Shown: positions 30,581 to 40,854, counted from the first letter of the stretch. The stretch: DNA of 49,527 nucleotides from Thermodesulfobacteriota bacterium (GCA_042576125.1 JBHPCH010000003.1:1-49527), one strand, 5' to 3'. The notes: a model not told the origin generated them from the sequence alone. A program made the numbers and translations.

Positions 30581-31723
30581 TCAAATATATATTCTTTCGT
30601 TAAAAGTGCCAAACAAGCAGAGTACTTCATAGCTGATAGTCTCCATCCACTGCGCCATCTCATCTGCTGTAATTCTTTCATCACCCTGCAGGCCCAGTAA
30701 GACGACTTCATCACCGGAGTGAACCGGAGGAAGATCTGTTACATCAACAAGGGTGGCATTCATGCAGACCCTGCCGCAAACAGGAGCTCTTCTTCCACCG
30801 ATCAGAACATGCGCCTTATTGGAAAGTTTTCTCAGATACCCGTCAGCATACCCGACCGGCAATACGGCGATCCTGCTTTTGCGTCGGGTCACAAAGGTAT
30901 GTCCATAGCTGATACCATATCCCGGGTCCACATCTTTAATCTGTATTACCCTGGTCTTGAAGCTCATTACCGGTTGCAGCTCAAGTGTTGGCGCTATAAT
31001 ATTTGCCCTGGCCGGAGAACCGTCCGGATAATAGCCGTAGAGGCTGATACCCGGCCGTACCATGTTCAGATGAGTTTCCGGAAAATAAACAAGACCTGCA
31101 GAGTTGGCAATATGTGAAACAATTTCACCTGTTTTCTTTGATTTTAAATCTGCCAGAATATTCTTGAATTTTAACAATTGTTGACGCGTTGTGTCCAGTG
31201 CATCTTTTTCATCTGCAACCGGGAAATGACTCAGTATGCCTGTCAATGTAATGCCCGGTAAACGTTTTATCAGGGAGACATACGATTCCACCTCATTCGG
31301 CATGACACCGATTCTGCCCATACCCACATCAACCTTGAGATGAACTTTTACCTCATCTTTCATCCTGGATGCTGTCTCGGAGAGCCCGGTTAGAAAATCA
31401 ACCTCAAAAACTACAGGGGTTAATTCATGGGTAATAACATCTTCATATGATTCAGGAGAACCGCCAAGGAGTACAATTATATCCCCTTTTAAGCCTGCAT
31501 TACGTAGCTTTACACCCTCCCAGACCTCAGCAACACCAAATGTTCTGGCACCAACACTATATAATGCCCGGGCACATTCAATCAAACCATGTCCATAAGC
31601 GTCGGACTTCACCACAGCCATAATCTTTACCTGGGGTCCAACAGTCTTCCTGATAGCCTGAAAATTGGACTGCAGGGCAGACATATTGATCTCAACCCGG
31701 TTGAAAGAAAGAGGTTGTGTCAT
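30581..31723 (-). CDS. alr: Alanine racemase
   Basis: AVVKSDAYGHG, HLKVDVGMGRIG, VRPGISLYG, GYADG; start set at ATG 31723, overlapping the upstream stop (ATGA). Confidence 0.96.
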   Translation of the reverse strand: MTQPLSFNRVEINMSALQSNFQAIRKTVGPQVKIMAVVKSDAYGHGLIECARALYSVGARTFGVAEVWEGVKLRNAGLKGDIIVLLGGSPESYEDVITHELTPVVFEVDFLTGLSETASRMKDEVKVHLKVDVGMGRIGVMPNEVESYVSLIKRLPGITLTGILSHFPVADEKDALDTTRQQLLKFKNILADLKSKKTGEIVSHIANSAGLVYFPETHLNMVRPGISLYGYYPDGSPARANIIAPTLELQPVMSFKTRVIQIKDVDPGYGISYGHTFVTRRKSRIAVLPVGYADGYLRKLSNKAHVLIGGRRAPVCGRVCMNATLVDVTDLPPVHSGDEVVLLGLQGDERITADEMAQWMETISYEVLCLFGTFNERIYI

Positions 31724-32157
31724 TTTGAAGTCCTGTTCCACTCGATCCACGCCAGCCTGCTTGCGAGCATAAGCGCCCAACCAACAGCCGTATAAACCAA
31801 TCCTATGATCTCTCCGGGGAGTACCGTAGTTCTTAAAAATCTGCCCAGGAAAATCATGGCTACCACCATGAGCCATGTCTTCAGGGAATACACCGAACCG
31901 AAACAGGCCTTATCCTCAAACTCTTTAATCCTTTTTATGTTTTTCCGGGCCATACGGTCAAGTACGAAAAAGGTTTTAGCAGTTCCTAACAATAAACCGA
32001 TCAATCCGTACCACAAGTGACCATCACTCGAGACCAGGATAAAACCGTTAGTCAGAAGAAAAAAACCGACAACAGTCCAAATAAGGGCACCAAGCAGCAA
32101 GTGGGTCCTTATGGATACTCCAGGTTTATATCGAATGAGGATTTCTTTTAAACCCAT
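31720..32157 (-). CDS. Hypothetical 4-TM membrane protein
   Basis: Four hydrophobic segments; coupled to alr. Confidence 0.75.
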   Translation of the reverse strand: MGLKEILIRYKPGVSIRTHLLLGALIWTVVGFFLLTNGFILVSSDGHLWYGLIGLLLGTAKTFFVLDRMARKNIKRIKEFEDKACFGSVYSLKTWLMVVAMIFLGRFLRTTVLPGEIIGLVYTAVGWALMLASRLAWIEWNRTSK

Positions 32158-32269
32158 ATGATCAGTTTATACTCCTGAGTAATATGAAAAACCTACCTGC
32201 TGTAACTCACAATAAATATTAGAACATATTTCAAATTCCAGAAATAGTCAGCTAAAACGTTTTTCATTA

Positions 32270-32415
32270 GAGCTTCGGATATGGTCCAGATTGAGGTAAG
32301 CACCCTTGCAGGGCATAAACGACCATAGGGAGACTCCGAGGAAGAGCCTGTCCGGCTATGGTTTCATGCCGGATAATAGGCAATGACGCCCAAGATGGGC
32401 TATAGACGAAGGCTC
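32270..32415. repeat. Palindromic intergenic element, related to 30477-30577
   Basis: IRs GAGCTTCG..TATGGTCCA / TGGGCTATA..CGAAGGCTC; 21-nt core shared with 30501-30521 at one mismatch. Confidence 0.65.
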
Positions 32416-32421
32416 ATGTAC

Positions 32422-32459
32422 AAAAAATATAGGCCCGTCTCGAAAGAGACAGGCCTATA
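32422..32459 (-). terminator. Terminator of ferredoxin gene
   Basis: TATAGGCCCGTCTC-GAAA-GAGACAGGCCTATA with T-run on the minus strand. Confidence 0.8.
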
Positions 32460-32494
32460 GGTAACATCTTACAGTCTGTATTCTTTATACAGAA

Positions 32495-32680
32495 TTAAAC
32501 CTCTGTAACAGTGATGGCGCCTTCAGGGCAAACCTCAACACATGTTTCACAGCCGAGGCATTCGTCCATGTTTACCGGGTCAGATTTTCCATCGACCATC
32601 TCATATACCTGCGCAGGACATGCATCTACACATTCTTCATCACCGCTACATTTGTCTTTATCAACTACGACTTCCCACAT
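32495..32680 (-). CDS. Dicluster ferredoxin (7Fe/8Fe type)
   Basis: CSGDEECVDACP and CLGCETCVEVCP; GGAGG RBS. Confidence 0.94.
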   Translation of the reverse strand: MWEVVVDKDKCSGDEECVDACPAQVYEMVDGKSDPVNMDECLGCETCVEVCPEGAITVTEV

Positions 32681-33136
32681 AGTAAAACCTCCATGTAATA
32701 AATTATTGTTAAGAACGAGTCAAATGACCAGTTATGCCTTAAATGGTCGGCCAAATAAAAAAATCAACCGACAGGTATTACGTCCATAATCTATTGATTT
32801 TATTAGGCCAGGTTAATGATTGCGAGACTTTTTGCGTAATCATTAAAATTGGCAATCTTCGACAGGACGATTTTCCACTAACAAAAACTATTCCCCTCTA
32901 ATTCAACCCAATTTTTTTGTCAATAAAAAAATCGATCCCATATGAGTAAAAACACCTATTCAGCCCAAAAGAAGAAAAGCAAAGGGATTTAGCTGTTGCC
33001 TTGCATTTCCTTTCATATTAGATTGTCGGACCTACAGAACCTATGTAATCATTGCAGATGAGGCGGGCAATTTTTTATATGATATTATAATGAAGCATAT
33101 TTGCTCAAAATATTACTCTCTTATTAATATAGACTT

Positions 33137-33481
33137 ATGACATCCAAAGAAAAAAACAGTCAAAAAAAATGGACACCGGAAAAATCTGAAGAAGCGATGA
33201 TCCAGGGCATTATTGAAGGCAGTCCTGATGCCATTGGGGTTGCTGTGATACGCATGGAATGCGGCTGTCATAAAATGGCAGCTGTAAATAAAGATGGAGA
33301 ACCGGCGAGTGAGGTAATCATGTACCGGGACAAAGCTGATTCAATCTGCGATAAATGTAAGGAGGATAACGGTGCCTTCTCGCGGATCAAAGTACAGTTT
33401 ATGCACTGGATACCGCCTGAGCCGGAGTCAGCCCAAAAAAGGATGATCCTTGAAAAGGTTCTGGGGATTAGAATGCAGTAA
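33137..33481 (+). CDS. Hypothetical protein with CGC and CDKC motifs
   Basis: Clean ORF in an intergenic slot; no family recognised. Confidence 0.7.
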   Translation: MTSKEKNSQKKWTPEKSEEAMIQGIIEGSPDAIGVAVIRMECGCHKMAAVNKDGEPASEVIMYRDKADSICDKCKEDNGAFSRIKVQFMHWIPPEPESAQKRMILEKVLGIRMQ

Positions 33482-33521
33482 AATGAGGCTTCATATGAGA
33501 GTAGTCATGTGCGACGGGCCT

Positions 33522-33920
33522 TTAAACTTTCACGACTGCTTCGCCTTCAATTGCAACCTTACCCTTTGAATTTACACAAACCGTTCGTAATGTAACAATG
33601 GGTTTGTCTGTCCTTATATGTATTATTTCAACAGAGGCGGTGACCTTCTCATCAATGGCTACAGGTGCCTTAAAGATGAGACTCTGTCCGAGATATATGC
33701 TGCCCTCCCCCGGAAGTTTCATACCTATGAGTCCTGAAAACAGGCTGGCAACTAACATACCATGCACAATACGTTGACCAAAAATAGAGGCCTCGCCAAA
33801 ATCCCTGTCCAGGTGAAGCGGATTCTTGTCAGCTGAAATATTGGCAAACTGCAAAACTTCCTCTTCAGAGAAAGCTTTGCTCAGTGAAGCCTTATCGCCT
33901 ACATTTAAAGTTTTGTTCAT
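33522..33920 (-). CDS. MaoC-family (R)-specific enoyl-CoA hydratase
   Basis: FANISADKNPLHLD, IVHGML, PGEGSIYLGQ; GGAGG before ATG 33920. Confidence 0.92.
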   Translation of the reverse strand: MNKTLNVGDKASLSKAFSEEEVLQFANISADKNPLHLDRDFGEASIFGQRIVHGMLVASLFSGLIGMKLPGEGSIYLGQSLIFKAPVAIDEKVTASVEIIHIRTDKPIVTLRTVCVNSKGKVAIEGEAVVKV

Positions 33921-34797
33921 GTTTTGACCTCCAATAAAACTAAAATCGTATTTCAAATGATTTGTCAAGAAGTGCGAAGAAGTCCAACCAGCCAGAATCA
34001 ATGTAATCATTGCAGATTGGGCGGACAACTTTTTGAATAAGATTACAAGGATGACTACCTTGCTGAAAACAAAAAATTAAGATCAATATCTCCTACACTT
34101 CAAATCCCTACAGAATACATTTGGCAAATTCAGGCAGGGGCAAAATGCCTGCTCTTTTATGCATCAAAATTATGAGTGATATATCCTTTTAATACATACA
34201 ATATATACGCCGTTGTTAAGGATATACGTCGATTATCCATGAGTACAAAGCTACACTTTATTAATCCTCATTCCTCTCTCTTTACTATCCTTGAATATGG
34301 TTAAACAACCAAACTTTATCCAGGTAAATCACCATGTCAACACTCTGTTCCCACCGAAAGAAAATCCGCAAAGTCTATAACATATTGATTTAATAGTTTT
34401 TATTAAAAAACAAACATTTAGCACGATTTTTGCATGTTTAGATTTGTTTATTTTTTTATCTACCGGGTGATTATGGAATAGTGTGCAAGGATTCGTGATT
34501 TTTTTCAGCATGTCATTCCTGTAATTCAAATCGGTAAATATAGCTGGTATTTCATGTGATTCGAGGTGGAATTTATTGCCGCTTTCCAATTCGAACCATA
34601 CCAGCGGCAACAATTTGCCAAGAACATAAATTCTGTCCTTGAAAATGGGGGGTGAAGTCAGTCCTTATTGAACTTTTTTGTCGGGGATTCGAATTCATGT
34701 TTTGCAAAAGTTATGACAAATTGTCTATGGGGAAATTGGCACAAACTGACTGCTAGAGGCTAATGGAATTTATCTAATTTAAAAGGAGGAGGGAATT

Positions 34798-36270
34798 ATG
34801 AAGAAAGCTCTATTGTTATTAATGTTGTTACCAGCGCTTGCCCTGTTTGGCTGTGGTGGCGGTGGAGGTGGTGACGTAGCAGGTACACCGGGTGGTGGTT
34901 ATACTGACGGTATTTCTGATAGTGGAGGTGTCGACACTTCTGCGGCGAACGTTGGAACATTTCCATTGTACGCCCTAGACGAGAGTGGAACAAATAGTGC
35001 CCTCTTAGACTTTGGGAATCCTATAACATACAGTACCGGTGTTCGAACCGTTGTCCGGAAGTATACAACAACTTATCCAAATATTATTATTAATGTTTGC
35101 TCTGATGAAGTACCTGCATTATGTAGTACAACTACAGGTGATTTCCCCACCAGTGCAGCTGACCCTCGATGTACAGAATGTTTAACTCTGGGTACTGAAT
35201 GTTTAGAAAATCCTTATTATACTGCTCCGCAAACCACTGATGTTGTTTGTTCATGGAATGTACCTGAATTCTGTGATGTAAATGATCCCCCAAGTCCAAC
35301 CGACTGGCGTTGTACCGGATGTACTGGTCCTGAAGTGCCGGGTACTTGCGAAACAAATCCTTTTTATGGCCTACAACTTGATCCAGAATCATACTGTATT
35401 AATGTAACCAGCGGTACCGCCCCTGAGTGTGTTAATGTAGATACCGGAGTAGAAGACACAAGTAGACCTAGCAATACATTAACTTACAAGAAGGTTGAGG
35501 ATACAATGTTGAATGCTACTGGAGGTGGCACAGTTACAATAGGTATCCCCGCCAGCCAGGCAGCTGATGATTTATATATAGTTGATGCCGTGAGATATGT
35601 AGCTGGTGATCTTCTCTTGGTGGACGCGCAAAATGATGCGATAGCTCACACACCTTTAACTTCTTGCGCCATCATAGGTGAAGTGGATACTGTCTCTGGG
35701 TTAACTTGCGGTTTCTTCCCGTTAGATGTTACTGGAGTGACTCTTGAAGAAATGGTTGATGCTGATCTTCATATTGCAAGGGATTATTGGCAAGGACAAG
35801 ATAATAACGGCACTCCAACTGATGATACAGATGACCTTACTGAATTATTTATTAATTCCGGTGACAATAATCCTAATTTGGCAGCTGTCCTGGCGGATCC
35901 GGTAGTACTGTCGCTTCCTGATGGAGACGTCTGGTCCGGTCTCAATTATACAGTAGCCAACATTAGACTCCCCAACAGCGACGTCTTAAGAAATAACTGG
36001 TCTGTCCGTCAAGAAATCAATACCGATTTAACCAGGGATGCTGTTGTATTCGTCAGTGGTGGTGCGGATACAGGCATTTCTGCTGGAACAGGTGATCTTA
36101 CCCTGACAGCACCTGAAACATTTGATGTTGCGGATGATGTGCTATATCACTTTGGTCATTTTTACCTTAGCCCTGGAATGTTGATTTCAGGGGAAAGTTA
36201 TCTGGATTGGACCTACGTTACAAACTATGCCGGTGTTTTAAATCCGATGGGTTCTCTGCCAATCCCATAG
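34798..36270 (+). CDS. Acidic Cys-rich lipoprotein with internal repeats
   Basis: Signal peptide with lipobox LFGC, Gly linker, AGGAGG RBS; repeated Cys motif. Confidence 0.78.
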   Translation: MKKALLLLMLLPALALFGCGGGGGGDVAGTPGGGYTDGISDSGGVDTSAANVGTFPLYALDESGTNSALLDFGNPITYSTGVRTVVRKYTTTYPNIIINVCSDEVPALCSTTTGDFPTSAADPRCTECLTLGTECLENPYYTAPQTTDVVCSWNVPEFCDVNDPPSPTDWRCTGCTGPEVPGTCETNPFYGLQLDPESYCINVTSGTAPECVNVDTGVEDTSRPSNTLTYKKVEDTMLNATGGGTVTIGIPASQAADDLYIVDAVRYVAGDLLLVDAQNDAIAHTPLTSCAIIGEVDTVSGLTCGFFPLDVTGVTLEEMVDADLHIARDYWQGQDNNGTPTDDTDDLTELFINSGDNNPNLAAVLADPVVLSLPDGDVWSGLNYTVANIRLPNSDVLRNNWSVRQEINTDLTRDAVVFVSGGADTGISAGTGDLTLTAPETFDVADDVLYHFGHFYLSPGMLISGESYLDWTYVTNYAGVLNPMGSLPIP

Positions 36271-36323
36271 TAAATCGGCTTTTGTTGATCGGGCAGAGAC
36301 CCGGTTTTAAATTGAATTCTACA

Positions 36324-36357
36324 GGCCACCCCCTAATCAGGGGTGGCCATCTTTTTT
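36324..36357 (+). terminator. Intrinsic terminator after the lipoprotein gene
   Basis: GGCCACCCC-CTAATCA-GGGGTGGCC then ATCTTTTTT. Confidence 0.8.
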
Positions 36358-36531
36358 GTATAATTAGAAGATGTCCATCTCAAAAAAAATCAAGCGCGTC
36401 ATTCCATAACTTTATAAAAACTATAGCGACAATTACCCTTTGTGGTTTTATACAAATGCATTAAGTTTACATTTTGTTTTCCAGTTAGATCACTTCATTA
36501 TTACCTTAAAAGTACTGGAGTTTAGAATAAC

Positions 36532-37494
36532 ATGAAATACCCGTTCATAGTTCTGCTACTTATTTCTGTCTGCTTAGCAGGTCCAATACTCAATGCAAAA
36601 ACTGCCGAAGCTGAATTCATCGATACCATGGAATTTGTTCTGCATTCCGGCTTTAGGCTTGATCAGATCGACTGGAATATTGCCGGTTATGCCCCGGTTA
36701 GCCAGGGCGGGCAATATGTCAATGTGCTTTCAGAGCTTGACTGGAAGGATATTGAGATCTGGCAGATCGGTGTGAGCGGCAAGGTTTCCATTGGCAATAA
36801 CACTGCCTCGTACAACACCTATATCCGCAGCTCCCTTGATTATGGTTGGATAAGCGATGGTACGGTCCGAGACTCCGATTACAACAGCAATAACCGCACC
36901 GATGAGTACTCACGCTCAATCAGCGCCACTGAAGATGACGACATGCTCGATTTCTCCATAGGATTGGGATTCGAAAAAAAATACTGGCAGGATCGCTTGA
37001 CTCTTGGTTTTCTGGGCGGCTATTCCTACCATGAACAGAACCTGCGACTCACCAATGGCGTGCAGGTCATCCCGGACGCCGGCCCCTTCGCCGGCCTGAA
37101 CAGCACCTATGCAAGTAAATGGCAAGGTCCCTTTGCCGGTATCGATCTTGAGCTGCATCCCTCTCCGCGTTTTTCCCTGCTTGGCTCAATCGAATACCAT
37201 TGGTCTGATTACGAGGCAGAGGCAGACTGGAACCTGAAAACCAATTGGGCTCATCCGGTGAGTTTCAGGCACGACACTGATGAAGCTGACGGTCTAATCG
37301 CCACCCTGAGGGGCAATTATCTGTTTAATAAAGACTGGTCACTCGATCTTATCTTGGTTTACCGTGATTTTTCTGCAAAAGAGGGGCTTGTCAGAACCTT
37401 TCTGGCCGGTGGCACCACCGTTATAACGAAATTTAATGAAGCAAACTGGCAGTCCTCTGCGTTCACCCTGGGATTCACTTACAATTTCAGATAA
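36532..37494 (+). CDS. Outer-membrane beta-barrel, omptin-like
   Basis: Signal peptide, SELDW, RDSDY, HPVSFRH, C-terminal GFTYNFR. Confidence 0.72.
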   Translation: MKYPFIVLLLISVCLAGPILNAKTAEAEFIDTMEFVLHSGFRLDQIDWNIAGYAPVSQGGQYVNVLSELDWKDIEIWQIGVSGKVSIGNNTASYNTYIRSSLDYGWISDGTVRDSDYNSNNRTDEYSRSISATEDDDMLDFSIGLGFEKKYWQDRLTLGFLGGYSYHEQNLRLTNGVQVIPDAGPFAGLNSTYASKWQGPFAGIDLELHPSPRFSLLGSIEYHWSDYEAEADWNLKTNWAHPVSFRHDTDEADGLIATLRGNYLFNKDWSLDLILVYRDFSAKEGLVRTFLAGGTTVITKFNEANWQSSAFTLGFTYNFR

Positions 37495-37616
37495 AGTCCT
37501 CTACTCTCGAATCCACTTATTCTTCCTATAGTTTTGGAAACAACAAAAAACGTTTTTGCGTTGTCAGGGGTTATAACCGAGGCAGTAATCTATTTTCTTT
37601 CTGTCCAATCAGGTTT

Positions 37617-37707
37617 TTCTCTCTGTGCCTTAAACTCCAATGCCCGGGCAACGAGACTCCCTGCCCATTGCGGAGTTGACAGGGCATGAATATGGGTATA
37701 GAGAGCC
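37617..37707 (-). repeat. 91-bp duplicate of the cobB 3' end
   Basis: Matches 39402-39492 with 2 mismatches; encodes ALYTHIHALSTPQWAGSLVARALEFKAQRE. Confidence 0.93.
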
Positions 37708-37812
37708 GGGAAATTTGTATTCCCAGCTTTCCAATACGCGGCTTGCCAGAGGCAATAGTGCGGCAATAGCACTGTCCAGGTCAACAACGATACCCCGCTG
37801 CAGCCTTTTCAT
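37708..37812 (-). pseudogene. Short 5' gene remnant (possibly CHASE2/adenylate cyclase) cut at the cobB duplicate
   Basis: MKRLQRGIVVDLDSAIAALLPLASRVLESWEYK directly after the M48 gene; identity is inferred from neighbourhood only. Confidence 0.35.
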
Positions 37813-37836
37813 TACTCTGGTATGTCCTGACATCGG

Positions 37837-38724
37837 TTAAATAGAACTTATAAATTGCTCAAAGCGGTTTTGTCTGGCTGGTGATTGTGAGACAGGAGTC
37901 TTATCTATTTTTTTACGAACCTTTTTTATTCTGACTTTCGGTGAGGGGTGGGTTTTGGCAAAATCAGTCCCATCCGGCTTAAGTTTATCTTTCATGATTT
38001 TGAGCATATCAAGCAAAGCTGCCGGGTTATAGCCTACCCTGTTCATGATCGTCACTGCTGCCTGGTCAGCGGCATACTCAAATTTTTTAGAATAACCATT
38101 ATTGATGAGGGTAGTGGTGATGTCGTTAACCGAATTATAAAAAGTTTCAGGGACAAAAGTCATATCAACACCCTCATTACTCGCTACTCCGGCAATACCT
38201 ATAGCGGTCAATGCCGAAGTAACACGGGATTTTTTAATTGCCTGCAAACCATGCTTATACTGCACGTGACCAATTTCATGGGCCAGCACAGCTGCCAGGG
38301 CATCTTCATTGGGGCAGCAGCGGATCAACCCCTTGGTCACAAAAATAAGGCCGCTGGGGGCGGCAAAGGCGTTGATGCTTTCAGAGTCCAGAATAAGGAA
38401 ATGATAACCGCCAAAAGTTTCCGGCAGGTCAGAAGCCTGGGCCAGAGTCTGGCCCAGGAGGTTGAGATAGTCATTGGCAGCTTGGAGATCATATGGTTTA
38501 TACTCATTAACAATAATGGCGCTTACCGTCCGGCCGATGAAATACTCCTGTTCCGGGGTTATGTCTTCAAAAGTCTTGGAAACCGCCTTGCCGGCCCTGA
38601 ATAAGGATGTAATGTCAACTTTTTTTTCAGAATCTCCGCCCCTGCCAATTTGAAGAGAAAATGCCTGGCTAAAGGCAGTGGGCAGCAGAAATAGCAAGGC
38701 AAGATAAATCAAAAAATGTCTCAT
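37837..38724 (-). CDS. M48-family metalloprotease, exported
   Basis: INAFAAPSG, AVLAHEIGH, EYAAD, THPSP..R. Confidence 0.92.
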   Translation of the reverse strand: MRHFLIYLALLFLLPTAFSQAFSLQIGRGGDSEKKVDITSLFRAGKAVSKTFEDITPEQEYFIGRTVSAIIVNEYKPYDLQAANDYLNLLGQTLAQASDLPETFGGYHFLILDSESINAFAAPSGLIFVTKGLIRCCPNEDALAAVLAHEIGHVQYKHGLQAIKKSRVTSALTAIGIAGVASNEGVDMTFVPETFYNSVNDITTTLINNGYSKKFEYAADQAAVTIMNRVGYNPAALLDMLKIMKDKLKPDGTDFAKTHPSPKVRIKKVRKKIDKTPVSQSPARQNRFEQFISSI

Positions 38725-39227
38725 AATGCCTCCTTGTCCTCAAGCACGCCACCATCAGTCAGAAAGGCCTGGATTTGTGGTTGCGACACCTTGAAGCATT
38801 CCATTTTATTGACCCAGGAGAAATCAACAGTTGGATTATCTTCCTGATATTTTTTCTCAGCCACTTTATCGAAGCCTTTACCAGCCAAGGCCACTTCATT
38901 CACTGTTGCCCCGGTTTCCACATCCGATACTCCCGGCTTAAGCTTTATTTCCTTAGTTGTAAGTGCGCATGTATGCATCCAACCTTCTAGTTCCTGATCA
39001 GTAACAGAAATCTTGGCCCAGGGAGACTTCTCCTCAAGGATGTTAACCTTTTGGCCATAATCAAGTTTGGTGAGGACTTTTCCGAGAAATGTCGGGGTAT
39101 TGCGCACTGTTCCTTCACGAACCTGAACTGACATCACAACACTCTGCCCGGCAAATGCAACAGCACAAGCATAAAAGCTGGCTAATAAGAAGAATATGAT
39201 TCTTTTTAAACCATTCATTGTGGTCAC
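38721..39227 (-). CDS. Exported SH3b-domain protein
   Basis: Signal peptide, VRNTPTFLGKVL..L.YG, W.KI, EGWMH; ATGA overlap with the M48 gene. Confidence 0.8.
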   Translation of the reverse strand: MTTMNGLKRIIFFLLASFYACAVAFAGQSVVMSVQVREGTVRNTPTFLGKVLTKLDYGQKVNILEEKSPWAKISVTDQELEGWMHTCALTTKEIKLKPGVSDVETGATVNEVALAGKGFDKVAEKKYQEDNPTVDFSWVNKMECFKVSQPQIQAFLTDGGVLEDKEAL

Positions 39228-39398
39228 CTTAACGTCCAGATTAAGGAAAAAAATAAAGAGTTATCGAATGGAATAACATATGCAAAAGCACATGTTTGAC
39301 GAATAGCGTTTTAAAAAATCTTTGTCAAGAATTATGACCAAAGAACAATTCTATTAGTAATCATTTGTCACAATGGTTTAACGTTCATTCAATCATGA

Positions 39399-40775
39399 TT
39401 ATTCTCTTTGTGCCTTAAACTCCAATGCCCGGGCAACGAGGCTCCCTGCCCATTGCGGAGTTGACAGGGCATGAATATGGGTATAGAGAGCCAGGACATT
39501 TTTGTATACCAGCCCGTCCAGGCCATCCATGAACCCCACACCACGCTCCATTTCAAGAGCAAGATCCATTTGATCTCCATCCCATGATAAAATTTCGCTG
39601 TAGCGGAACTCATGTCCCTTGATCCTTTCCCCCACTTTATAAAATGGATTCCTGCCGCTCACCATGAGTTCGGTGTAGCCATGTGCCTGGGGTTTCCTTC
39701 GCAATCCGAACCGGATAGGAAACACTCCGGTAAGTGGATATTCCACGCCGTCCAACAGGACACTTTCACCAAGATAAATTAACCCGCCGCACTCGGCATA
39801 AACCGGCAGGCCGGAATCAGCTGCACGTTTTAATGACTGTCTGAATGAACTGTTATCCGCCAACCGCCTGGCACCGGTTTCCGGAAATCCACCACCGATA
39901 TAAAGAGCATCAAGTTCCGGTAATGCTTCAGCAGTCATGGCGTTAATTTCAACAAGCTCTGCCCCCTCGGCAACCAGGGCATTGAGATTTTCAGGATAAT
40001 AAAATTGAAAGGCCGCATCTTTTAAAATGCCGATACGAACCTTTGCTGGAGTCTCCCCTGTTATTGACCCTGCTGCGGTCTCGGGCGGGTGGACATCTGC
40101 CATGAGATTTCTGATGGTATCCAGATCAAGGTATTTTTTAGCCATATCAGCAAGCATAACTGTTATCTGGCCGGCACCATCATGTTCCTGATGTGGCGTC
40201 ACCCCCAGATGACGCTGGGGGAAATAATCCGTTTTTGAACGGGGAACAGCCCCGACAACCGGTATACCTGTGTAATGTTCCACTGATTGCCGTACTATGG
40301 ATTCATGCCTGGCAGTTCCCAGCCTGTTTAACACAACTCCACTGATCATCACCCGTGGATCAAGCTTCTGGCAGCCGAGAACCAGGGCGGCAATAGTGCG
40401 TGTCGTCTTGGTGCAGTCAACCACAAGCAGGACAGGCAGTTTTAATTCAACAGCAAGTTCAGCCGTACTGTATGCACCTTCAATATTAACGCCGTCAAAT
40501 AAACCCCTGTTGCCTTCGACGATCGCCATATTGGCATTATCAGAATGGAGTTCAAAAGAATGTTTGATTACCTCAGCGTCCATTAAAAACGGATCAAGGT
40601 TATAGCAGGGTTCACCGGCAGCTAACTGCAGCCAGCCGGCATCAATATAATCAGGACCCTTTTTAAAAGGTACTACCTTACGCCCCTGCCTGGCATAGGC
40701 TGCCACCAGGCCGACGGCTACCACGCTTTTTCCCGATCCGCCGCTTAATCCGGCAACGATTATTCCTTTTGTCAT
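39399..40775 (-). CDS. cobB: Cobyrinate a,c-diamide synthase (CobB/CbiA, DsrN-like)
   Basis: GGSGKS, FKKGPDYID, EGNRGLFDG, GGGFPE, AECGG, GHEFRYS, YTHIH. Confidence 0.93.
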   Translation of the reverse strand: MTKGIIVAGLSGGSGKSVVAVGLVAAYARQGRKVVPFKKGPDYIDAGWLQLAAGEPCYNLDPFLMDAEVIKHSFELHSDNANMAIVEGNRGLFDGVNIEGAYSTAELAVELKLPVLLVVDCTKTTRTIAALVLGCQKLDPRVMISGVVLNRLGTARHESIVRQSVEHYTGIPVVGAVPRSKTDYFPQRHLGVTPHQEHDGAGQITVMLADMAKKYLDLDTIRNLMADVHPPETAAGSITGETPAKVRIGILKDAAFQFYYPENLNALVAEGAELVEINAMTAEALPELDALYIGGGFPETGARRLADNSSFRQSLKRAADSGLPVYAECGGLIYLGESVLLDGVEYPLTGVFPIRFGLRRKPQAHGYTELMVSGRNPFYKVGERIKGHEFRYSEILSWDGDQMDLALEMERGVGFMDGLDGLVYKNVLALYTHIHALSTPQWAGSLVARALEFKAQRE

Positions 40776-40854
40776 GATTCTTTAGACCTTTATTTTTCAC
40801 GTTCAATCTATGACTTAAAATATATTCATAGTTTTTATATATTTTTTTCTATTT

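Noticed and set aside
31724-31876. N-terminal extension of alanine racemase
   Set aside because: Overlaps the upstream gene; ATG 31723 gives a normal length and ATGA coupling
34736-34754. Sigma-54 promoter TGGCAC...TGC or c-di-GMP riboswitch before the lipoprotein
   Set aside because: GG to GC spacing is 12 nt rather than the required 10, and the GEMM P1/P2 elements are not visible
35092-35430. Multiheme cytochrome
   Set aside because: CxxC motifs (CTEC, CTGC) lack the following His
37948-38604. Long antisense or overlapping ORFs (also 14597-15157, 29471-29983, 28229-28615)
   Set aside because: Shadow frames of well-supported genes with no motifs of their own
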